A stretch of 64,000 nt of DNA from the human T2T-CHM13v2.0 reference genome, Homo sapiens, in the NCBI RefSeq assembly GCF_009914755.1, contig NC_060935.1; one strand, written 5' to 3'. The position numbers and the translations under genes are program-made. The notes under the pieces are model-generated. The model saw nothing but the letters and a program-made list of their open reading frames with translations, searched no databases and had not been told where the DNA came from. Position 1 is the stretch's first letter. The number at the start of each line of letters is the position of its first letter. Positions 1-12,599 of the stretch are shown one piece after another.

Positions 1-1854
1 AGCTCTGTGCCTCCGTCCTAAATGAATTTAGATTTTACCATGGGTGCTTTACAGAGAGGATGGGCTTCTGCAGACTACAGTTTGCTGCTGGGCTTGTGGT
101 CCCCAAGGGAAAATGGTGCTCAGACTATAGTTAATGTCCTGGTTAAATGCTAAGCTTGTGACCTTGGGCAGCTTATAAAACTTTTGTGGGTCTCATTTTC
201 CACATCAGTACAAGTGCCTACTTGCTCTGGGTACCTTACGTTATTTTGATATGATGGAGTAATATTGAGATTAAATGTGAATGACTTAGAAAGGAAGAGA
301 AGCTAACTGATCAATGTTCCGAAAGCTCTGTTTATGCCATTATCCTACTCAGAAACCTTCTGTGGCTCCTCATTGTCCACTGAATATGGTCAAGTTTCCC
401 CTTGATTAGAGAGTTAGCTGTAGTGTAGTAAAAAGGGAAAGGAACTTGGAGTTAGTCTTGCACACATAGGCAGGTCCCTCCACCTGAAACAGTTTTCCTC
501 CCTTCTCCAAAGGGCTAAGTGTTACTCATCCATTAGCTGTGTATGATCTTGACAATGACTTATCCTATCTGAGCCTCGGTACGCTCACCTATAAATGAGG
601 AAAATACAAAGCCTCAATGTCAGGATCCTGGGGAAGATGAAATTCACCCACCCATGTGAACTGGCCCGGGCCACAACAGGTTCTCAATGGAAGTTTGCTG
701 AATGTGACAAAGGTCACACTGCAGATTACCAGGCAAAGGACAGGAAATCTTATCCAAAAAATTTTGATTGTAACCTCAAAGAACATTTCAGATATTTTAA
801 AAAGTAAGCGGTGTGGATAAGAGCCCTTTCTTCTGACTGTGGCAATGATTAAAACCAGGCCCTGAGCGAAGAAAAATTCGACACACTCTAACCCTTCAGA
901 GGCAGGAAGCTATCGTTAAAAGGTCATCTTTTGGGCCCAGACTTCATACGGTCCAGGGGAAGGGTTCCAAATGGTTATGCTTTTCATTTTGCTGTGTAGC
1001 CAAGAGGATTGAGAATCCACAGGGCCTCATCTGTTGTTCCTTAAGCAAACATCTAACGTAATTTGAAATTTCACTTCATCATGTTGATGGCCGCCAGCAA
1101 CTCTTCCCCGGCCTGTTAACTCTCCCTTTTAGGTAGACTAGGGCACTTTTTGAGCAGCCAAAAAGGTGCCAGCTTGCTATGAATTCTCATGAGGAAAATT
1201 ACAAAACAGGCTGTGGAGAAGCGCCCTGTCCACGATTTCCCCATGTGCCTTGCAAGGTTTCTCTCTATCTCTCTTTCTTTACCTCAAAGCCAGTATTTTT
1301 AAAAGACATGCTACGTCTGAGTCCTAACAGCAGGCCCATATTAAAAAGAAAGGATATCCACAGCCTTGAAAGGAGGCTCAGCAAGAAGGGAGTTGGCTGG
1401 GCCCTGCGGTTTGTCTGACTCTAAAATACACAGCCTAAAGCACTGGTGTTTTCAGTAGTTGAATGCAAAAGAGGTGCAGTAGAAAATAAGTGGTAGGTAT
1501 AACATTTGCATCAAAGCATCTAAAAGTGAAGTCAGTAAATATTTACTTGCCACTGATCTCATAAGGAAGGAAACACCTTTATCAGCATCCACTGGCTTTT
1601 GGCAAATTGTCATCTTATTTAATCCTGACAAAATCAAGTGAAGTAGGTGTTATTGTTTCCGTGATAGAGTATCTGGTTAAGTGGCTGTCCTAGGCTCACT
1701 AAGCTGCTATGGGGTAGAGTCACAGTATGGAATGGTAAAGAGTACTAGTGGTTCTGAAATCAGACAGATCAGGATTTCCACCGGGGCTAGGTGTGAATTC
1801 AATTCTTTAGTGACCTTCAACCGGTTAATGAAACGCTGTGCTTTAGTTGCTTCA

Positions 1855-2034
<180 letters not shown>

Positions 2035-2659
2035 GGTAGTAATGGCTACTTCATAGGGTTATGGAAGGATTTCGCAGGCTTGGAAAGCACTTAATAGGCT
2101 GCCTGGCACATGGTAAACACTTGATAAATGTTAGCCATTGTTGTCATTACTGTGAAGTAACTAGATGGCATTGCTAGAGGACGTTCTCACTGTAGGCTTC
2201 AACTAAACTTCCTGTAGCTGTCTGTCAAAGTCCCAGATCTTTGCAAAACACAATAAACAAGTCAGAAAAACAACAATAACCCCCTCACCACCACCCCCAG
2301 GTTGTAGGAGCTCCAGCCCTATGAGATGATGGGCTAATTCCCCATGACAGGAGTTCTGCACATCAGTTCAGGGGACAGCAGATACAGGTCACTCAGTCTG
2401 ATGATGCTGTGGCCTCCGATTTGCCCTCTGGTGGGAGATGGCTCCGTGAGCATGAGATGGGATTAGGGGGAGGCCAGAAGGGTTCTGGAAGTGTTCCGAG
2501 AAGATCTCTGACTACTCTCTGGATTATCTCACTTGATGGGGGGAGAGCTGGTATTGAAAAGGAAGCACTAACACTGATATGTGACCAAGCTAAGCTAAAA
2601 AATTCTCTGTTGCAGTTTCCTTATCTGCATAAACTGGGATGGGGAGACTTACTTTACTG

Positions 2660-2991
2660 CAGTGGTCCCCAACCTTTTTGGAACCAGGGGCCAGTCTCGT
2701 GGAAGACAATTTTTCCATGGACCAGTGGCAGGTGGGGATGGGGGTTTGGGATGAAACTGTTCCACCTCAGATCATCAGGCATTAGATTATCATAAGGAGC
2801 ATGCAACACAGATCCCTCGCATGCGCAGTTCAAAATAGGGTTCGAGTTCCTATGAGAATCTAATGCCACTGCTGATCTGACAGGAGGCGGAGCTCAGGTG
2901 GTAATGCCTCCTGTCATCTCCTGCTGTGCGGCCTGGTTCCTAACAGGCCACGGTCCGGTACAGGTTCGCGGCCCAGGGTTGGGGACTCTTG
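2660..2991 (+). mobile_element. MER1B-like hAT-Charlie non-autonomous DNA transposon
   Basis: TIRs cagtggtccccaacc / ggttggggactcttg; 8-bp TSD ctttactg / ctttacag; interior matches recalled MER1B. Confidence 0.85.
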
Positions 2992-5019
2992 CTTTACAGA
3001 ACTGTTGGGCTGGAGTTCAATATCTTTGTCACAGAGCTGTTCCACAGGGGAGATTGATGTACCCTGGAGGCTGGGAGCAGGACCCGAACTCCGCTCCTGT
3101 TCTCCAGGCACCACATTCCACAGGCAGCACAACCTATAAATTTGAAGCTAGATTTGACTGTGGAATAGGCTTCCTGGCTGCATCTGAGGTAAAAGGCTGC
3201 CCAGTGCTTCTCCCTGGGACAAGTGAGAATCGGTTTTCTCATTGGTAAGGAGGGGATAATATCTCCTCTAAAGAGCTGAGGAGAGAAATAAAATAGAAAT
3301 AATATAAAGGGCTTCACAGGGTAACTGGCACCCAGCTGGGGCTCAGGAAACGGCAGCAATAATTATTACAACACACGTGAAGGAGTGGGGAAATTAAAAT
3401 GCTGCATAAACTCAACATATTATTATTAGTCTTCCTATATCTACTTCATAGAACCTCAATTAAGGCATAATTAAAGATTAGCTAAGGTTACAAGGTTGGC
3501 TGCCCACATTTTCATTCTTGGTTTGGTCTTCAGTGCTGCTTGTAACTTTTATTCAGGCCTTAGGCAAGACATAAAAATACACTCAAACACCCAGCCACGT
3601 TAAATGCCAATGAGATTCTGCAACATCTAAACCTGGAGAACACTGCTGCAGATTTGCTAAGTTTCAATCTCAGAAGCGTTCAGGAGGCCAAGGAGGTTCA
3701 CTCTGGGGAGGCAGTGCAAGGTAGTTGCACTGGAAGGCAGCCAGCCACGTGTAAGCTGGGGGTCTCACTCGGCATCCCAGGACCTCTGTTTCTGTAGTGT
3801 GAGGGTAAGAATACCTGCCTCTGGAGAAGAAAGAACATATGTTGCTCCTGGCAGGTGCTCAATAAATGTGAGCACCTCTCTCCCCTTCTGTGCTTTATAA
3901 AGAGCTCAGGGCCTTATATTTGGCTATTTCTGTCCACCAACTGCAGATACAAATTAAAAATACCTTCCTGGGGAAAGGGGGGGACAAGAGGACAATTTCT
4001 CCTGGGGATTCTAGCACAAGGGTGCACTGGGAATTAGAGATACTGTTAGGAATTTTAAAATACCCCTCAAATGGGCAGTACTCAGGGCAGTATTTTTGCC
4101 AGGGAAAGGAGCATGGTCATCCAGTTGACAAAAATAAAGACCAATAAAGGGGGACTGAGGGAATGCTGCCTGGGGAGATCCTGCAGAAAGACAGAGTGGG
4201 GCTGTAGTCACAATATTGGGGCTTTGATGCAGGCTCTGTTTATTCACGCATTCATTTGTTCATCTTTCCCAATCCTAGAGAATCAGAGAGGCAATTAAAC
4301 CTGACATGCTTATCTTAAAAGGAAGAAAAGGAACCATAAAACAAAGGCACAAACACAAACCCTCAGCAAGATCTCAGTTATTGTCCTGCATTGTTTTGCT
4401 ATGTGATGAGCGAAGGATTCTCAGGGAAACATGAATCATGTGGGATCTTTCCCCAACTCTGCGTGTCTTGGGGACATCTCAGGTGTTCTCTAGGCCTTAG
4501 TTTCTTTATCTTTCACGGGTTAGACTGGCGGACCTGGAAGGTCCTTCCAGTACTAAAGCCTTGACTCTCTGAGTCTATGAAATCCACAGTGCTATTAGGA
4601 GTGCTTATGTACATCACAGAAAGGCATTCTCTCTTCCCAGAGTGAATTTAAAACAATTGCTTCACACGAGGTCAAATTTCATATACTTCAGGGATTCAGC
4701 CATTACCTAGAGCAAGCTCACCTGACCTGCTTTTATATTAGTTCATAAAGTAGGCGGTGGGAGATGTGTTAATAGTTTTCATGAGGTGCTATGGCCCAAG
4801 ATCTGGAGATGATATGAATTATGCTTTGTGTTAAAGCTGTCTTTATTCTCCTGGGAGGAAGAAACTAGACATACTATATGCAAGTTTTTTTTATTTTTTA
4901 TTTTTTTAGAGTAGAGGAACTTTTGATTTACTATGCAGGAGGGGGTTGTGTTTCATGACCAACACTTATTTTGGTTCTACTTCATTATTTCTGTGCATTT
5001 TGTGAGTGAGGAAGTATGC

Positions 5020-5338
<319 letters not shown>

Positions 5339-7339
5339 GGAGGTATGCAACTTTTAAGAGTTTCTTGAACACTTGGAAAAAAGGAAGGGGAAGAAGGGCG
5401 CTAAACACCTATTAAGTTCCAGGCACCTTTTATTCCTTGTACTCCAATAACTTTACTCCAATAACTTATGAGATAGGTTATTGTACTCTGCCCATTTTAC
5501 AGGTGAGGAAATGGGCTCAGAGAAATAAAGTAATTGTACCAAAGCTAATCGGCCAAATGAATCTGTTTAACTATACAGTTCCCACAGTTTGTGCAATTTT
5601 GGGTTGGGTTGGAAATGACCTAATGAGCTTGGGTAACAGGAAGCTGTCTGGGCCACAGAGTAAGGAACAGAGTATCAAATACACATTTAAGAAAGTTCAA
5701 AGTCATTGCTATGTTCTAGTGCTGTGTTATAATGCTGATAACAATGATACCAAGACATGCAGAAAAATATGAGGTAGGAACCATCAACTTGACATAAATT
5801 CCAAAGAAATATGTACTCTATTGAAGAAAATGGTTAACTTATTTTTAAAATCCCAGGCAGGAAGTTGAAGGAGCTGGATTCTAGTTTCGGTTTTGCAACC
5901 GTTGAATGGAGCCACCTTGAGCAGATCACCCAGTGTCCCTGAGCTAGCATTTCTTCCCCTTGAAATAATAGGGTTGTACAGTGAGATCTGTAAGGGCCCT
6001 CTGAGTGAAAGCTTCGTGATTCCATCTGTAAAATTCACTTAATGTAACAGTTCATTCCCCAGTGAGGGATAAATGAGGTGTTACAGGTCTGCCTTGTAAG
6101 TTTCATGCACACGTTTCATCTCCTTCAACTAGAAGGTGAGTTCTTGCAGGGCTGGAATGCATCTTATGGCACCCAGCACATGTCAATAACTGTTGAGTTA
6201 ACTGGAAGAGTGAAAGAAGGAATGAGTCTTATCATTCCTTGTGCTAAAGAACATGGACTTGGGAAACAGGAAGATGTGCATTTTAATATAGCTTGAGTCT
6301 GAGCCTCACTTTCTTCATTTATAAAATGGGAGCAATATCACCTACCTCACTGGGTTGTTTACAGTTTATTATCATTGCCAAGTTCAGTGTTTTTATTGAA
6401 AGAAAGGCAAAAGAGAAAGAATAAATAAAGATCTTAAAGGGTGCAATTAACTCCTTAACTAATATCTTTATTAGACTAATGGCAGCTGTGTGCATGTACC
6501 TGTGTTCACTCAAGTATTTCTGAGGAACTGTTAACTGCAAAGTATAATGCTAATCACTGGAAAAGGGGCCATCAGAAAGAGTATTTACCAAGTACCTAAA
6601 TATACTATGTGCCTAGCACTTTTCTGCACTAGCTATGGGAAGTAGGAACTGCTCTTCCCATACTGAGGATAAGAAAAGCAATGCTCAGAGAGGTTAACTA
6701 GCTAGCTGATGGTCAAACAACTTGTAGAAACCAGCAGATGTGACAAGATCAGAGGGTTTAATGAACTAAAATAAAATAGTGAATAACTTGTACATTTCAA
6801 TAATCATCCTGTACTATTGCTAACGACAAGGTAGTGTGTTAGAATGAGAAGGTGGGTGGGGAAGGAGGAGAGGCTGCCCTAAGTAATTATAGCACATAGG
6901 TCAAAATCAAGGTGGGGTTCACTTATAAGGGGGGTAAGGAACTTAAAACTACATGTATTTGTACTGAAATGCAAAAAAGGGTTAATTAAGGAACTTGATT
7001 GAAAAGTGACACTTAAAGAATCCTTCAAAAATGCTTCCCTTCTCAGAAACACATCAAATTATTTATCATTATTGCAATTAAAAAAAATTGGGTTGGAAAT
7101 TTGTCCTAGGCATCTGTGATGTTATTGTTTCTTTGCTGTTAACAAACCCACAGAAGAGCCTTCTGTGCATGGGGAAGGGCAGTGATCCTGGAGGTTCAGA
7201 AAGCTGGGGAAGGAAAGAGAGGGTCTGGTAGATACCCACTCTCCCAGTGCAAAGGGTTCCATATGCATTTAGGCCATGGTTTCTAGTTTGCAGGATATAG
7301 AAAGAGAGATTGTGCTACAAATACCTCTCCATTTCAGTG

Positions 7340-7605
7340 CCAGCATGTGTTTCCCAGAGGGTGCTTTTCTGAACACAAGTCCTGTGAGAAGTTCCTGAGA
7401 AGGTTCCATGTTCAAAAAGGTTTGGGAAACCCTGCATATCGTCTCTTCTGCTTAGACAATCACAGTGCACATTAGCTAACAAGTTAATGCTGCTGAGAAC
7501 TCCTGTAGCAAGGAATCTCTTCCACCTTAACATTTCCCAAATGTATTTGTCCATGGAACCCCTATTTCAAATAGCTCCTATTAACAACCTGCAGAGCTAG
7601 TTCTC
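7340..7605. mobile_element. Old hAT-Charlie (Charlie4-like) fragment
   Basis: tgtttcccaga...ggttccatgttcaaaaaggtttgggaaaccctg resembles recalled Charlie-type sequence; degenerate. Confidence 0.5.
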
Positions 7606-7610
7606 TTAGG

Positions 7611-7995
7611 TGTTAAATAAAATTTATAGGAGGCCATTGGTTTGGACTGAGCTCTTGCACTAGGCCCAACAGAGCAAACCAAAATGGAGTCACTCATGCA
7701 GAAATTCCACTACCAAGCCAAAACGAAGCTGTTCATCTGGCCTTTTAAGAAATCAGGAGAGAGAGATGATAGTCATATTCCCAAACAGGCCAGTTTTAGC
7801 CAGCATGATAAGGAAGTCCCCTCTGCTGTAATTTAAACAACGAATGCACTTTTTGGTCTCTGTTTCTGTTTTCCTTTTCTGTCTACAAAGCTAACCTCCT
7901 CTGCTCAGCTTATTGGAAAATGAGTATTGCCCAATTCTAGAATCCCAAAAAAAGCCAATTAAGATCTAAATTTGTTGTAATTTCATCTTTTGACA
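7611..7995 (+). mobile_element. Solo ERV1-class LTR (MER4 group, MER39/MER34-like)
   Basis: TG...CA termini (tgttaaa...tttgaca); perfect 4-bp TSD tagg on both sides; aaaatggagtcactcatg motif typical of these LTRs. Confidence 0.8.
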
Positions 7996-10900
7996 TAGGG
8001 ATACTTTTAAAGATCATCCTTTCCCACCGAGGTTATTTTAACAACCCCCAGGCTCACTTCTCTATAATCATCCTTCACCCTGATAATTGAGTGATTGTTC
8101 TAGTAGGAAATCTGACTATGTTTGGGTCTTAATCAAAAACTTTCCATGGCTTCACACTATCTACAGAATAAAGTGTGAACTCTTTAGCCTGATATTCAAG
8201 ATTCTTCCTGCTGCAGCTTTAAATGACAACCCCATGCTACTCCTTTCTATATTCTGCCTGCTGGCACCCTGCCATTCACCCTAGGTGCTGGCCTTTTTTA
8301 TTTTGAAATAATTTTAGATTCACCTAAAACTTGCAAAAATAGTACAAAGAGTTCCTATGCACTTTTCACCCAGCATCTCTCAGTGATAACATCCAGCCTT
8401 TTCCAAATGATAATCATCATTTACCACTCAGAGCATCTATCTTAAGGAACACGTCCATGTTTGATTCTTCTCTGCATTCCTCCTAGCACCTGGCACTAAG
8501 TACAGATCAACAAAGTATAGGCTCCGTGGTGCCCAGATTTGCATTTCATAGTCAATTTTTTTTTAAGTTGAGAACAAAAATAACAAAAGAAAAATATGCC
8601 CTCTACTTATCATTACTTCATTGAAAAAATAATATTTTAATAGGAAGGGCAATGTTAGAGTAAGAAACAATCCTGATGAACAAGTGCCTACATTATTCTG
8701 CTCGTCTCATTTGTTGCAAGCAGAACCCTTGTGGCCAAGCAGAGCAGACCATCATCTGGTAGGCCAAAAGCTTGGCAAACAAACCAAGGAGGGTTACATT
8801 GGCTTTCTAGCACTTTGTCAGATTTATGGTGAGGGGTTTGGGGACTTGTATACTAAATGCAACTCCAAACAAGCTTGGAGTATAAGCACTTATAGCATGG
8901 TCACACAAGACTTTCCTTTGTTCTTACAGCAAAAACAGAAGAGATTTGGACTAACGAAGCCCAGAAATTGCATGCAAGACCAAAAGTCCATTTGGAATTC
9001 CCAAATCTCTCTTCTGGTGGTAACACCTTTTCTTGGTCTGGGTAGTAAACACATTTCTGTGCACATACAGCTCCCATCTGGGGGCTTGATTCCACACGGC
9101 TGCAGTGACTTTCTACAAGCAGATAAGGGTAATGGAAATCACACATTTCTGTGGCCTCCCGTTGTTTCCTTTCTCCTTCTCTGCTACTTCAGCTGGAACG
9201 GAGATGAATTTTCCTGCAACACTCAGTCTCCCGAGGAACACTTCTCTCTCCACATACGGCTGAGCTTTTCACAGTGTTTCAGAAGCCCAGAATGATCTTT
9301 CTCCAAGGCAGAGCTGACCATGTCAGAGCTCCTTGATGGCTCACTGCTGCCTAATATAATCACGCTCAAACTTTACAGCGTGATCTTCTATGCCCTTCAT
9401 AAACTGGCCCCGAAGGCCCTTCTAGCTTCTCACTGGGGAGGAAGGAACATGGTATTAGCAATTTCACAACAATGTCTTGTTCTTTCATTCCTTGATATCT
9501 TTGTGCATGGTATTGCCTGTACCCAAAAAACTCTTTCTTGCTCTGTCCACTTGGAGAACTCACATTTATCCTGAAAGAATTAGCAGATGTACCAATTCTT
9601 CGCTGCAGCCTTCTTGACCCCCACATAGAGAATTAATCTCTCCATTCTCTATGTTCCCATAGCAGCCTGTACAAACTATTAGTAAAATGGGTTAAAAGCC
9701 ACCTACTTCATGGAACTGCAATGTTTAAGTGCAAGTACACATAAAGCCCTTAGAACAATCCATAGCACTTAACAAATGTGTAGGTATAATCACTGTTATT
9801 GTTGTTAAAAACAACGTATTTTTGTTATCTGCTTGTATATTTTTAAACAAGTTAGGCTATGAGCTCATGAAGGACAGAGACTAGGTTCTTCAGATAAATC
9901 TCTTATCCCCAGCACCTAGCACAATGCTAGCTATATAGTAGGAGTGAAATAAATTAATTTGTAAGAAATTAATTTCCTCTAGACTCTAAAGTAACATGTT
10001 TTCCCTAGAAAATATATAGAAGAAAAAAGTACAAAGGGAAAAAATGTATAAAAGAAAAAAGTACAAAGGAAAAAAAACAAAACCCAGTCACAGCTACAAC
10101 AGTAATAACTGCTGTTAATGCTCCCTGGTATATATACATTTCCTCCTAGTCTTTTCTTTTACATATTTAAGCATATGTTTATCAAATTAGGTTCATACTG
10201 TATATACAGTTTATATCCAATCTCCACTTAACATTATACTATGAGAATTTTATCTTTCAAATATTATTTGAAAACATGATTTTAATGACTACCTAAAATT
10301 TCATCAAATGGACAGAAGATGTTATTTTACCAACCTCCTACTATTAGACATCTAAGTCATTTTCAGTTTTTCTGTTTTTGAAAATATTTCTTGACTTGAA
10401 TCATAAGTTCTGCCAAGGGGTAGGCTAAGTCCCACATTAAACAGAGGACCCCCATCCCCACTTAGGAGTGATGATGGTCTGGTCTAGAAGAGCAGAGGAC
10501 GAATTCCTCTTTCCTGGGGATGGTTTAAGTGTCTCTTGGAAGGACTAGCAGACATTCACGGATGAGCTCACTCAAGAGGCTGACAGGGCAGCAGGCTCAG
10601 ACTGAAGTCAGTCTCTTCTTCCTCCCAGCCCCCCTCCATTCTCCATCCCATTAACATTCCTCCTGGGAGATGGCAGTACCAAAGGACAAACAGGCATTGT
10701 TGGGACTCAAGGACCCTGAGAATGGGCCCTGTAACCTGAGCCCCACTGGCTTGGATATGCTTGGGCAGGTCACCCTGGGGATGCCATGGTGACAGATGAA
10801 AGTGCATCTCAGGGCCTGGATTGTGTTTCCAGGGCACAGGTGTGGGGAGATTATCTTTCTGACAAGCCAAGCACTTATCCCAATCTCTACAGCTGCTTTC

Positions 10901-12035
10901 TCTTCTCTCCCTGGTCCTAGGCCTACCAGAAATAGCACCCTCAAGCCATTCTCTGTTAAAGCCAAGAGCTGTCTTCACCTGAGCCTTTTTGCCTGAAAAG
11001 TTACCAAAAGAACCTGACAAATTGCCTCACTTTGTCAAGTGAAAGAGTGAACAAACATCCTGCATTTTGAATGCCCAGGCAGGCATGTCCCCCGCAAGCC
11101 AATGGAGCCTTAAAGCTCTTCCAGGGAGCTCACAGCCTGGCGGGTGCAAAGACTGTCAGCTCTAGCACCGGATCCCCGTGGGCTTGACACTTGCTAGCTG
11201 CCTGACCTTTGGCAAATTGCATGATCTCTCTGAGCCTCGGTTGCCTCACTTGTGAAAAGAGGACAATGCTGGTGTCTTAGAACTGCTGTGAAGATGAAAT
11301 GAGACCAGAGACATAAAAGCACTTAGCACCTTACGTGCTTAGCAAAGGTGTTCCTGTGGAAAACTGCAGAGCTGTGAAGGCACCAGGTGTGTTTGAGAAA
11401 CAGAAAGTGGCACATGGGGCTGGTGGGTGGGCCTATAGGTGAAGGCCTAGGGACTTGCCTAAAGCATTTGGCCAAGCTGCCGAGGGAGGGTGGGGGAAGG
11501 GGTGCCCAAGTAGGGAAAGGCTGTTCTGTTCAGGCCTCAGCAACACCCATTCAGATGTGACTTGGAAGCAGCCTGACCTCTAGGCTCGGAGGCAGGAAGG
11601 CAAGCCCTGGCACGGCGCCGGGGCGGGGTGGGGTTGGGGGGGTGTCCCACAAGCAGCAGGTGCTGGGGCAGGGCAGATGTGGGAACAGGAACCCCTTGGC
11701 TCTCAGCGCCCACCCCAGCGTGTTGTAGAATCCAGAGCAGACTCTCCCTGCAGCCCGAGGCTGCCTGGACTCACTCTCACCTCACAAAGCTGTCCCTGAA
11801 ATGGGCAGAGAGCTGACTCTGACACAACACAGGCTGCATTCTTGGCCTGTCTGTAATCAGATTTCTCTTTTGTAAGATTCAACATTTTCTGAGCACCTAC
11901 TGTGTGCCAGGCACTTTTGTACACAGGCTCTCTTTGGCTCCCATGACAGTCCTGGGGAACTATGGGGCTAGACACACTGAGGACAGCATGTAGTGCTGTG
12001 GTGGACCAGGGCTCACTGCTGGCTTTCCTCTGGGG

Positions 12036-12285
12036 CAGGGGTGTCCAATCTTTTGGCTTTCCCTGGGCCATACTGGAAGAAAAATTGTCTTGGGCCACAC
12101 ATAAAATACATTAACACTAATGATAGCTGATGAGCTAAAAAAAAAAAAAAAAATCACTTCTGGGTGTGGTGGCTCATGCCTGTAATCCCAGCACTTTGGG
12201 AGGCCAAGTTGGGTAGATGGCCTGAGCTCAGGAGTTTGAGACCAGCCTGGTGCAACATGGTGAAACCCATCTCTACAAAATACAC

Positions 12286-12328
<43 letters not shown>

Positions 12329-12599
12329 GGGCATGGTGGCATGCGCCTGTAGTTCTAATAATTGGATGGCTGAGTGGGAGGATCACCTGAGCCTGGGAGG
12401 TCAAGGCTGCAGTGAGCTGAGATCATGCCACTGCACTCCAGCCTGGGTGATAGCACAAGACCCTGTCTCAAAAAAAAAAAAAAAAATTGCAAATAAGGTC
12501 TCATAATTTTTTAAGAAAGTTGACTAATTTGTGTTGGGCCACATTCAAAAGCCGTCCGGGGCTGCAGGCGGCCTGTGGGCCAAGGGTTGGACAAGTTTG
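12036..12599 (+). mobile_element. MER30 hAT-Charlie element interrupted by an Alu
   Basis: TIRs caggggtgtccaatc / gggttggacaagtttg; 8-bp TSD ctctgggg / ctctaggg. Confidence 0.85.
12158..12486 (+). mobile_element. AluJ-type element with expanded central A-tract (A39)
   Basis: Dimeric Alu with J-type right arm (gggaggatcacctgagcctgggaggtcaaggctgcag); inserted in the A-run of MER30. Confidence 0.85.

Noticed and set aside
1505-1513. ATF4/CEBP composite motif (TGATGCAAA), tempting because mouse Tenm4 was described as Doc4, downstream of CHOP
   Set aside because: Similar 9-mers recur elsewhere in the window, including inside repeats; expected by chance in 64 kb.
8684-9295. 203-aa plus-strand ORF
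   Set aside because: GTG start, no recognisable domain, random composition. The acceptor-like pyrimidine tract near 9160-9192 is not enough to call an antisense exon.
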